Assembly (NCBI GenBank): GCA_964255285.1
Contig: CAXUUL010000079.1
Span: 1-35,664 of the forward strand
Length of the DNA stretch: 35,664 bases
Direction of reading: 5' to 3'
Source: Ionaspis alba
Lineage: Eukaryota
Position 1 is the stretch's first letter; each line of letters starts with the position of its first letter. Under the pieces are notes generated by a model. That model worked only from the letters and a program-made list of their open reading frames with translations, did no database searches and was not told the DNA's origin. Shown here piece after piece: positions 1 to 10,793 of the stretch. Both the position numbers and the translations under genes were made by a program.

Positions 1-492
1 GGGCGAGTCGAGGAGGGGGAGGTAGGTGGGGAGGAAGAGGCCGCGAAGTTCGTGTTCTTTGCTGTGGGAGTGGAAAGTGGGTTCGGAGGTTTGCACTGCA
101 GCGGTCTCGGAGTTTTGGGTGTTTGTGATGTTGAGGCCATCCGAGGTTGACGAACGGTCGTCTTCCTGCCCTGAATCGGCGGCGTTTGTTTCATGGATAG
201 GTTCATCCATGCAGTTTTCTGCAGCAGGTTGCCGGGTTTCACCATGGTTCAAGCCTGTGGTATGAGTGCTCGAGCCTTGTCGAGTCTTCGATCTTTGAGT
301 CGAAGAGCGATCTGTGCCACGAAGCTCTGACTCATAAAGCCGATATTCCTCCTCTTTCAGTGTTTTGTATTTGGCAATCTCTTGATCTAGCAATTCCCGC
401 TTCCGGAGCAAAGCTTGCACGACGTTACGTTCTTCCGTCTGTGGTGTTGGCAACGAGGAAGCAGGAAACGCGCCAACACAGGGCCTCTCCAT
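1..492 (-). CDS. Hypothetical fungal protein, 5' part only (runs off the left edge of the window); N-terminal coiled coil
   Basis: Absent from the ORF track because it has no stop in the window. Manual translation from ATG at 492 is open to base 1: MERPCVGAF...VQALLRKRELLDQEIAKYKTLKEEEYRLYESELR...KEHELRGLFLPTYLPLLDSP. In-frame stops lie upstream of the ATG. It has a heptad-like charged helix and a hydrophobic LFLPTYLPLLD motif. Confidence 0.7.
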   Translation of the reverse strand, partial: MERPCVGAFPASSLPTPQTEERNVVQALLRKRELLDQEIAKYKTLKEEEYRLYESELRGTDRSSTQRSKTRQGSSTHTTGLNHGETRQPAAENCMDEPIHETNAADSGQEDDRSSTSDGLNITNTQNSETAAVQTSEPTFHSHSKEHELRGLFLPTYLPLLDSP

Positions 493-1102
493 TGCCACGC
501 CCGCTGTACGACCGTCCTGGATCACGGACGATGTATACGCGCCGGATTTTCACATGCCCAATTCTTGCATATCGTCCGCTTATGTCCGCGATATAACGCA
601 ATTGCCAGCCATTGATGCTCTTTTGGATGATTTGGAGGATTGCGAGATGGAGAGAAAAGGTCTGTTATGGTTGAGCAAGACATTTGAGCGGAAAATAAGT
701 TTGCAGCAGAGGCAGCAGTTGCATAGCTTCTTCCAGGGTGGGGCAGGTTCAGTCCGAGAATGGGTAGATTGGGGGTTGTACGAGCCGCGCTACGATCGGC
801 GCTGGAAAGAGAATCGGCCCGTTTTGGATCTCGGAATACGCGCCAGTAGATTTCTCTTGGACGGGGGCTGGTGGAATATAATGTTGATGAGTACATGTGC
901 AGTCAATGAAATTTGATGCATACTCGGTTCGTATAAGGTGGAGCTCTAGGAGTCCTGTTCATCAATATTCTGCGTGATCATACTGGCACTCCTAATCGAA
1001 TACTCGGAGACATCGACTCTGTCTGAAGGGATCCATCACCAACCTCTATTGATGAAGACCTAGTCGCAAGCAGCAAAAATGCCCTCCCCTTTTCCACATC
1101 CT

Positions 1103-4100
1103 TTACTCCGACTTCTCTCCCTCCCTATCCTCTAACCTGACCTCTACAACTTCATCCTCCTCACCATGCTCCTGCTCCGCCGCCAACATCCCAGCCTGCA
1201 TCCTCTCGCTCCCTAATAATAGTGGTCCCTCCTCATCATCCATCGTCATCGGGGCCTCCCCGTCCAAAAAGCCACTGTTTTCTGGTGTACCATACTTCGC
1301 CGAAGCTTCCCACGGCTCATCCTCAAAGTCACTCATTGGCTGTTTCTCACTGAACGAAGTTCCTCCACTTGACACGGCCTTGATAGATGCATCATCAAAC
1401 AGTGGCTCATCCACATCCTCCACCGGGTCCGCTGCAGGCAAGCCCGAAAAGTCCCACTGCTGTCTCTGCGCATCCGCGACTCCTTGTAAAGGCCGCACTT
1501 GCTCGTCATCCACCTCCATGCTCTCGAGGGTCTGCTCGCCATCATGGAGCTCCTGAGAATAATCTGGAAGCCCACTACTCTCACGCGCCGCCATCATCTT
1601 TCCTTTCAATGTCTGATTGTCCTCGAGCCCACCACCTCCCGCTTGGTGAGCTGCTCCGACTCCGATTAAAGCGCTCGACGACCCATTGCGGGAGAAGTCG
1701 TCGAGGCGCTTGCCTTCCCCCGCCAGGGCTGATGGGGATCCGTTACGGGAATGGTTTCGTGTTGACGGGTCGTCGGATTCAGGATCGTCTCCACCGGGCC
1801 TCATTGATTCAAAGAATGGGCCGCCCAAGGGTTTGGAAGCTCGTCGACGATAGAAGAGCAAGTAGGCAGCCGATGTTACCACTGCATTTGGGTTGTTTTT
1901 TCTAGATGTCATGGAATCTTTTGAAAATTAGTCAGGTGAACAACTTATATCAGAGCGAGTCAGATCCTTACCATTATAATCATACCAATTTTCGTCATAG
2001 AAGTTCCGCGCATATGCAGTGTAATGACCACCTCCAAGGCCCCCATAATGATTGTCAACAGCAAAGAGATCATAGATCGGGCTTTTGCCATCCTCTTGAA
2101 CAGCAACACGGGAGCTGAGGTCAAGTCCTTCGACAGGAAAATCGACAAAGACGTCAAGCTTATCTCTCAATCGTCCTTGGGCACTGAATCTCTTCAAATG
2201 GATGACAAGAATATCTGGTGACTTCCAAAGCTCGAACTTCTTACTCGCTCTTCGGTGTTCCTTGCATCGAGGACAGTACCAAGCGTCGTTTTCGGACAAT
2301 ATTTCAGCCTTGCCAAACTCGTCAAGGCAGTCATCTAAGCTAACGCCATTCCTTCTCCGACTTGATCTTTGCTGTCGTTTCCGTTCGAGTTCGGGGTCTG
2401 GTAGTACTGGAATCTCTTCCCAAGTCGCCGAGCCCCTCATGCCATCTTCATCCGCTTCGGGCCCAGAGAACAGGGCTTCCCATGCATCAGTCGTCCAGTC
2501 AAGGATAATAGCTTCTCCGAGCCCAATCAAACGTCCCTGCTTGTCGGCTGTGACATCTCCCGATTCTTCATCATAAAGTTCAAATGTGGAGGATTTCTTG
2601 TCTTTGTGCGAGTACGTGATTAGGCCTGCTTGGTTGCGAGGAGTTGTCCTCTGGAACGTGTTGAATGACCGAACAGCATTGGTGAGCTGGTGGACAGGGG
2701 GAAGGCCATCGTCGCTTTCTTCTTGGCCATCCTCTTCGATCGAGTCGGCAGCTCCCACGGTATTATTTGTCTGACTGTTGGTTCCTGTAAGTGGGTCGTC
2801 TTCGTCGCTGGAGTCAGTACTGCCTCCGTTTTGGATACGTCGAGCAAGCTCGGTCTGAATACTACGCCTTGGCTTTGGTTCCCGGCTGGCCTGAGATGTT
2901 CGAGATCGGATAGTCTCATAATTTTTACTCTCGTCTTGGAAGGCACTGAAACCAACAGGAACCATTTCCTTGCCAGAGTAATATTTCATCTCGAACATAG
3001 ACTTCAGATCCGGCTCAAGGAACTCTCCTGGTCGCAGCATACGCGGTAAACGCTTGGATCTCGAAGGCACCTGTCGTGGAGGATACGAGATTCGCGGACC
3101 GACGTGAGCTTCGCTGGAGTCCTTCATCGAGATGTCGACTATGCCGTCCTCACTCTGTACGGACGCCGCTTGGATTTTTGAATCAGAAGACGAGTCAGCA
3201 TCGTCAGTGTTCATCAGAACCGTGTCAGAGTCTTCTTGTGGAGTTGATGCAGTGTCAGATCCACTGACATTACCCCTATCAGACTCTTGCTCGGACTGCC
3301 GAAGGATGTCCGTTGTGGTCATCGTGGCAACTTTAGCTAATACCTTCTTGAGGATCGCATCGTAGTCTGTCGACTCATCACGATTGACGACTATTAAACA
3401 TGGCATACCAAACATGGTCTTCTGCGTGAACCTCGAAGAGCCGTCTTTATCCACTCGATGAAAGACACTGACAAGCATTTTGTTTGCCAGGGGCGAATCG
3501 TCGTCTGGTAGATCTTCATCTTCGTCTGCATTGTGGTAGGTGGAGAACATGGATCTCTTGACCCCTCTCTTCTTAGGAGCAGGGTAATTTGTCGGAACAT
3601 CTTCGAGTTCATGCAATGTGACGATATCGGCGTCCGCGATCTTTTCCTCGCTAATCGTGGTTTTGTCATCGTACATCTTGAAGAACCGGTTCTTATAGAC
3701 CTCGGCCAGAACAGTTTTCTGGGAATCGATGCCAACCTTCTTCGACACATATTCTCTCAGTTCCTTGAAGGTTGCATTCTTGTCGATGTCAACGGAAACC
3801 TTAATGGGTCGCGAATGTAGCGGAAAGAAAATGATGGCCCGGCTCCACAAGTTCTCAATGGGTAATTGTAGCGTCAGGTTGTTGAAAGGATCAAAAATAA
3901 TGCTGACTTTATCGCAAACTGGACAAACAACTGTCGATTTGTACATCCCGGCAAAGAGGTCGGTCACAACCGAGTCATTACGAGCTTTGTAGATATCCCA
4001 GCATTTGTCGGCCATCGCTTTTAGTGCCTCTTGGTCATGGACCATTTCGTCAGTGGAGTCTGGTTTTTCAATATATGGCTTCTTGTGAATACGATTTAAA

Positions 4101-6486
4101 TCCTCTTGCAGACCGTCTAGTAGGAATAATAAAAATTCTTGTGAATCCTGCTGACCATATCCACTGAATGATGGTCCGTACTTGCCGATGATCTGTTTGA
4201 AGTTTCGTGGAGAAAAGGAAGAGCTGGGGTTCTCGGCGTATAACTCTCGCAAAAGGTTGGCATACGCTTTCGCTACCTCACCGTTATGTGAGAGAGGATT
4301 TCGAGGGTTGAGCTCCTTTTTGTATCTCTCCTCTGAGACGACTTAGTGTTCGTTGTGGTCATGAAGATCTTGGGGACACTTACGCAAGAAGTAGTTTGTG
4401 AGCTCTTCCACGCTCCTAACACATTGCAGTGCCGAGTTCATGTAGCATGTATTACCCAGATTACCCAACCCAACGGTCCCTCGAGTTCTACCGTTCTTCT
4501 GTGCCCGCCCTCTTGTCATCATTCCTCCAGGTGCTGGACTTGTTCTACCACTACCGGAGTTGGCCTTGGGCCTCAACGTGCTAGAGACAGAGGTGCTCCC
4601 ATTCTTGGTGATGCTGATAGGCACTCCGAGTAATCTTGTAGACTGAGAGGACGCAACGTCCGACACCCATTCGCCTCCCGCCGGGCCTCCAATTTGTTCC
4701 TCGAGAACCACTACCTCGTCCTGGCTGAGACCCGCGAATTCCACAGTGCTGCGACCGTTGTACTTTTCATTCATCGTCTGATCCTTTGCTTCGAGCAACT
4801 CACGCTGCGAGCCGTCTTGTAGAGCCACAAATGTATTGACATCCAGAACTAATTTCTGGCCAGGGTCCACAGGTGACGCAACGTTTGGAGCTGGCGACGC
4901 ACTGCGAGACTGTGCCGGAGTGAGCATACCAGCAGGAGAATTATTGCCGCCAAGGCCACCCAAAACTCTCCAAACTCTAACTTTGGTCTTCATGTCAATG
5001 TTGGCGGCGACCTTTGCACGTTTCAAAAACTTCTGAAAAAGTTGATGCCGGCTCGCGAGCACCTTGACTGGTTTCAAATTTGCTTCCCTCATTGTTTCTT
5101 GAGTCATACCAGTAGTGCGATCAGGGAGTTTGAGGATTGTTAACACTGGAGGATTTAGCTCAAATTGAAGATTTTCCATTGTTTCACTCGAGCTTGTGTT
5201 GTGGCAGTATCGTGTGATGATGGGGGATCCTCTAGCCAGACCATACCATTTGATGATCTGGTCCCAAGCCTCTTGTGGTATGACCTCAAAATCCTCTACC
5301 ATTTGCAGGCCTGGTTTCAGGGGAATGAAAGGTTGCCCTTCCTCATCTTCGAAGCCTGACGATGATGGATCCGTAACCAGATCTAGGCCAGTATTATCGA
5401 CAGGTCCTATGTCACCCTCCATGGCATCTTTCGCCAGTTTGCCTTTCTGGAGAGCCTCCGTGCCTCGCGACTGAACTCGTGTAAGCCATTTTTGAGAGAT
5501 AATATAGCCTTTCTGCTTGTCCTTCATCGGTTGTTGTACCAGCTGCATAACCCTAGCGATCTGGTCATCGATCGACGGCAGCTTTTCTTGGACATTCGAC
5601 GCAGCTTCCGATGTTTGTGTCGTAATTGTCGTAGTCGTGGATGATGATCCGCTCTGTGGCGTGAGATATGAGGTATTGGATGAAGTATCCTCGTCGACTG
5701 CAGCTTCTTTCTGACCAGCATCTGGTTGTATGCTATTGTCCTTCACCATATCGACGGACATCTCTCGCGTATAACTAGGTGATGATCTTGTCTGTTCGTT
5801 GGATACGCCAGATGTGTCCACCGCATCACTCATGGGCTCGGGAGCCGCGTCAGAAGGAGCCTCATTGCTGGCATATTCAACATGTTCTGCACTCATCTCA
5901 GACCTCGTACGCTTCGCCGGCGAGGAGGATCGATGATGACCAAGGCTGCCTAGTATACTCCGACTAGCTGACAGCTTTGTACTGTCAGAAGTCACTGGCG
6001 TATCTGATACGAATGAGTCCCCACGGATTCCTCCTTCCAGTGTCAGTCCTGCATATGCCGCACTCGGAGTACTGGCTCGGCTTGAGATATCAGGTGTGGG
6101 GGAGCTTCCAGCAGTATCGTGGCTTAGACGTTGAGGGATGGGGCGCGGTGGAGAGGGTGAAGAGGTCGGATCTGTCTCCTCAGATATCGCCGGTCGGTGA
6201 TTTTCGAAAGGTGAAGATGGTATGTCTGAGATGTCGGGCTTCGAAAGCTTACGCTTCTTGTTGGAAGACGTGATGTTGGTGAGCTGCCCCAGCGGTGCAG
6301 CTCTGAATCTCCAAAAGCCGTTGTTAATGGTGCGAGACAATGACAGTGAGAAGAATCAGAGAGTAACGGAATGTGCTCGTGATCTGAAGGCCGTGACTAG
6401 TAGAGATCGTGTTGAAGATACGTCGTTGCGCCAGGAAGGCTAGCATGGTCCCGAGATTTTGAGTGTGCATACCCAACTCGCGTCAT
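1103..6486 (-). CDS. UBP12: Ubiquitin carboxyl-terminal hydrolase, USP/C19 family, Ubp12 (USP4/11/15-like), ~1702 aa
   Basis: Cys box GLGNLGNTCYMNSALQC, QQDSQEF, CPVC/CPRC zinc ribbon, His box NHYGGLGGGHYTAY...WYDYND, AYLLFYRRR, and a DUSP-like region (GYIISQKWL...IGPVDN). Exons 6486-6473, 6302-4384, 4332-1972, 1917-1103 total 5109 nt. The first exon is the least certain part. Confidence 0.93.
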
Positions 6487-6734
6487 ATTTGAAGTGGCTG
6501 TCCGGTTTGAGAAGGCAGCCACTATCCCACATCATCAGTATAAATTGTGACTATGGCATCTCACTACTGACAGCATTTTCCGGAAGATGAATGATACCGT
6601 GGCTCACAGCATACATGTCCGAATGGCGTGAAGGGCAAGCTATTGTCATCCTGGTTATGGAGGTTTCACAATCATTTCAAACCCGTGTCTCTGGAGCAGT
6701 TTTCGAGCAATCAATCATTTCCTTTGCTCCCATA

Positions 6735-7585
6735 CTACAAAATTGCCGCTACACCCAAGACAAAGGCACCCAGAATTCCACACTCCCTCACTCTATTACC
6801 AACACTCTTACTTGGAGTCGCCGCGGCGCTCCCAGTAGCTGCGGCTGAGCCGGTCGGACTTACAGTCGTGATCGGAGAAGTTGAGCCAGAGCCGCCAGCA
6901 GTTAACGTCTGAGAACTTCCAGAAGCGCCTGCTCCATTAATGGGCGTGCTAGTGAAATATAGACTGACATCTGTTGAAGTACCCAGGACATCCACTCCGC
7001 CTGTACTTGTACCAATATCGATACCTGCGCTGGCAGGCCGTTTAAGGAGGAAACTTTCTAGAGCCTGCGTCGGTGTGGCCTGCGCGCAGAACGATGACGA
7101 CTGGATGGGGATGTAGGCTGCTGGATACCACATGCCTCCCTCAGTACGATTCGGCAAGCCGTGAAGCCGCTGACATTCGTAGCAGCTTTGAGTGAGATTA
7201 TCAGCACCATGTTAATACAGATGCTGGAATATCTCGGCCCTGCTTCAGGGACACGAAGAACAGCTTACCCTGCCAAGTACTCGAAGATCATGGCGCCGCT
7301 ACCCTGACAGTAACATTTCTGCTGCTCAGAGAGACTTTGTTCTTGCACAGCATAAGTCGCGTCCTGCGTCCCGTACTTGCAGACGGTCGATAGAGGGTAG
7401 AGAGCGTTACAAGGTGCGCTCAGGTCAGGCTGGCCCGTTGAGTTCGCCGGGACGCAGGGCTGGAAAGCTGCATCGCCGGGACCTGATGGAGCACTTCCTC
7501 TCGAGGGCGAGGCGGTCGTAGAGGATTGACACAAGATAGGAAGGAAGAAGATGGGTGCGAGCGAGACGAGGGCTAGGAGGCGCAT
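6735..7585 (-). CDS. Secreted Cys-rich, Ser/Thr-rich, probably GPI-anchored cell-surface protein, 255 aa
   Basis: Signal peptide MRLLALVSLAPIFFLPILC. Exons 7585-7269 and 7185-6735 (intron GTAAGC...AAG, 7268-7186). Eight Cys in the mature N-terminal domain, a Ser/Thr/Gly/Ala stalk, and a C-terminus SKSVGNRVRECGILGAFVLGVAAIL typical of a GPI signal. Confidence 0.8.
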
Positions 7586-8255
7586 AGTCGCTGGAAAATG
7601 GTATACTATAATATATTCAAATCGGAGGACGTCGAAATTGAAAGAGATGGGCCCAACGTAGCTTTATCAATAAGTCCATGAAATAATACTTGAACCTTGT
7701 GCTGTGCCATTTTTGCATAGAGGGAAATTTGAAGTCAAATCCCACGCAGGGCGCAGCAACGAAGCTGACCCCCTATATTCCTTCACGGAGGCTGAAGACG
7801 CAAAGGTAAATCTCCACAGCAAATCGTGGCTAGGGGAGCCTTGCCGAAATATAATTTGGCGCCGAAGTGCTATTACGCAACCGCAAGCAGCCAGCTCAAT
7901 TACCCTGAAGACTGGGGAATACCTTGGGACTCAAGCCATTAGCGTCCGTCTTCATTCTACCATAGAGTATTTGTACAATGTAGACTTGCATGGATTCAAT
8001 GCTTGATATTACATAGGTTCTGCCGCTGACGCAGATAACGCCAAATTGGAGAGCATGCTCTCTCGCGCATCCAAGGAACAAAAGAAATCCATTTCAACGC
8101 CTGCTGGACCCCATTCCTTCTTGACACACGACCGCCATGGAACACCACCCACAAGGTGTAGACCGGTAAGCTTACCACCGGCCTCCTGTATATGACATAT
8201 GTCGAATCATTTCTATGTACATATTCCAGTCCAGTAGCTTTCCATCGTACATTCC

Positions 8256-9871
8256 TTACACAACAATCCACCAGGTTGCAGCAATGACGAGGACTAAGGA
8301 CAGAGCCGTCAATATTGCCGCCCCAGCCTTGTCCGCAGTTGATATCTGCCGTGATATGATGGGATCCAAGGGAAGTTTGCCAGAGTCTCCTGAGCCAGCG
8401 TTTGGATCTCCTACACTACTTCCTCCTTTGGTTGCCGTGACCGGAGCCTTGACCTTAGAAATCAGGTTTGCCTGGATGATGGCGAGAGCAGACATCTGCT
8501 CGCCGATTCCGAAGAAGCCGTCCCATACCGACTGATACCATCTACGCCCACATATGTCACCGGTTTGACCGGTGCATTGTGCAGCAGCGCCGATCGCAGA
8601 AGCCTGAATCCTGGGCATGATGATCGGGGTTGTCCAGGGTGCCAGTTGTGTTGTGACCGCCATCCAGCGAGCGAGATAGGCCTTGAACGACGGCTGATCG
8701 TAGTTGCACGTCTGGGGCGTTGGGAATTCACAAGCAACTTCGGCCATAATATCACCTCCAGGTGGAGCATTAGGCGCTGTAACATTGCTTCCCACTGATT
8801 GGACGAAGAAAATATCACTTCCCTTGAGAAGGTTGGAAATGCGATCGCCCCATTTTTTATTTCCCTCGGTCTGCACACGATTAGTTCATGCTATCCGTCT
8901 TTGACAAGCTGGTGGATGGACTTACCAAGTTGTACATATACGCGGAGCCCATGAGAAGGGTCCCAGCATTGTAGGTCCAGTAAGTCTTTTGAGGAGAGGT
9001 GCAGTTATCTCCCCTTCGAACGCCATCCCATATCTCCCACTTATCACTGATAGCGGGAGTTGACTTCATCCAATCCCAAGACTTGTCTGCCCAGTCGGCG
9101 TAGGTCTGGTTGCCAGTGTATCTTGCCAGCCGGGCAGCTAGCTGAAAGAACCCACCGTTCGAGATCATGTTCTTGTAATCAAAACCAGCGTTATATGAGA
9201 AAATCTGCCATCTGAGCCCTCCATTGCACGTATCCATGTCCCAACGCTGAGTTTGCTCGTTGAAGACCGCCTGTGCGAGGGCAAGCCACGAGGGTTGGTC
9301 TGATCGCGGATCCTGGAAGTTCAATTCGGCAGCGTCCATGGCTGTGAGAGCCCAAAAGACTTGATCGTCGTTGCCCTAACAGAAGTAAGACCACAGCACT
9401 ACCGTGAAGGTCATCTTAGCTGCAGCTCTTACCAATTCCCGCGTCCGATTGCGCGGCATGAAATCTTTGTTTTCCCCCACTTGGAATTGAAGTCCGTCGA
9501 AGACCACTTGGTTGTAAGTGGAATCGCCAGTAAGAAACCAGTACTGTATCAACTCTCCAAACATAGCTCCACCCTCCCACCAATAGTATGGACTGGGTAA
9601 TAGACCGGGTATTTGACCAGTTTGATTACCAGTGTAGGACTTCATCATATTGAATGCAGTATTGCTAGCAGCTGCTTTGATTGAATCTAAAGAGAAGAAC
9701 TATCAGCTAACCATTTGTTGCTAGACATTTCGACAGGACTGCCACAGTGCCAGAACGCATCTCAGATATACGGTACATACCAGTACTTTGCAGGTTCAAG
9801 TTCAGCGCAGTCGCGATCTGTCCTCCACACAGCAAACTCCCCAGCACTCCCCATGTCTGTAACAACTTCAT
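8256..9871 (-). CDS. Glycoside hydrolase family 76 (Dcw1/Dfg5-type endo-alpha-1,6-mannanase/transglycosylase), GPI-anchored, 469 aa
   Basis: Motifs [11 protein letters not shown], catalytic [59 protein letters not shown], and a C-terminal [10 protein letters not shown] hydrophobic tail. Signal peptide [14 protein letters not shown]. Exons 9871-9781, 9686-9433, 9375-8926, 8870-8256. Confidence 0.94.
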
Positions 9872-10793
9872 GATGGTAAACTTGTACCGTGATGTTCAAG
9901 GAGCCAGTAGGATGTTGAAACGAGTATATAGTTGAGGTGTAAGAGTCTATTGTGCTGAATACCAGTTTATTGAGGCCGTTGCCATCTGACTTGTGTGGCG
10001 TGCGACCAGTGGTCAATGAGAGCTCTCTTTGACCAAGAAACGAGTGTGTAAGACTGAGGTCGGTAGTGTGCACAGTCTTGAGTAGAGAACGATGATGTGA
10101 AGGGACCGTGGATGGTGATGATGGTAAGTAGTGACGGTTGCGACGGTGTTGGACAAGAACCGGTTCGCTGGACAGTCAGCAAAAAGAGTCGATCTCTGCC
10201 CCTGTTTTGAGTGCTGCGCGACGATGACCGGCGTGGTCTCCTGGCTGGTCGGCAGGGCGCAACCACGTTGGCCAATCACAGCTACTGCAATGTCCGTGCC
10301 TAAGAATAGCTGACGTGCTTTGGCTACAGTTCACTCAATGCTTGACTTCCATAATGCTTTGATTGGTCTTCGAGATCTCATGGATTGTATCGAAGTGTCA
10401 GGCTGCTGCCAGTGAGGTGTTTATTATTGTTGTTATCTTCGTCGTGGGAGATTACTGTAAGCACTGTATTCCCCACGTTCCATCCCGGTAACGATTGCTC
10501 GGTCGGGAGACGGACACGTGACTAATGATGACGCCCTCTGATCCTTCGAGTATGGTACCTTGAGCTTTGTTGTTGTCCTAATGCAATCATCAGAATGGCT
10601 CTCGTTATATACCAATACATGCTTCGTTGTGTGCTTCGTCAATTATTTTCTTGATGGTTTCACTAAGTAGACACCAATTCATTCCACGCCTTTTTCCAGT
10701 AAAGTCCCTGCATGTGCGTCGCCTGTCAAGGCGTGAATTTTCTTACAAGTATCTACTATAAGTTGGAACTGCTCTCAAAAGTTCTCCACTATC

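Noticed and set aside
554..916. 120-aa plus-strand ORF that reads as protein-like
   Set aside because: No recognisable motif or splice partner. It lies antisense to the probable leader/promoter of the left-edge gene and between two minus-strand genes, so it is likely spurious. Not fully excluded without RNA data.
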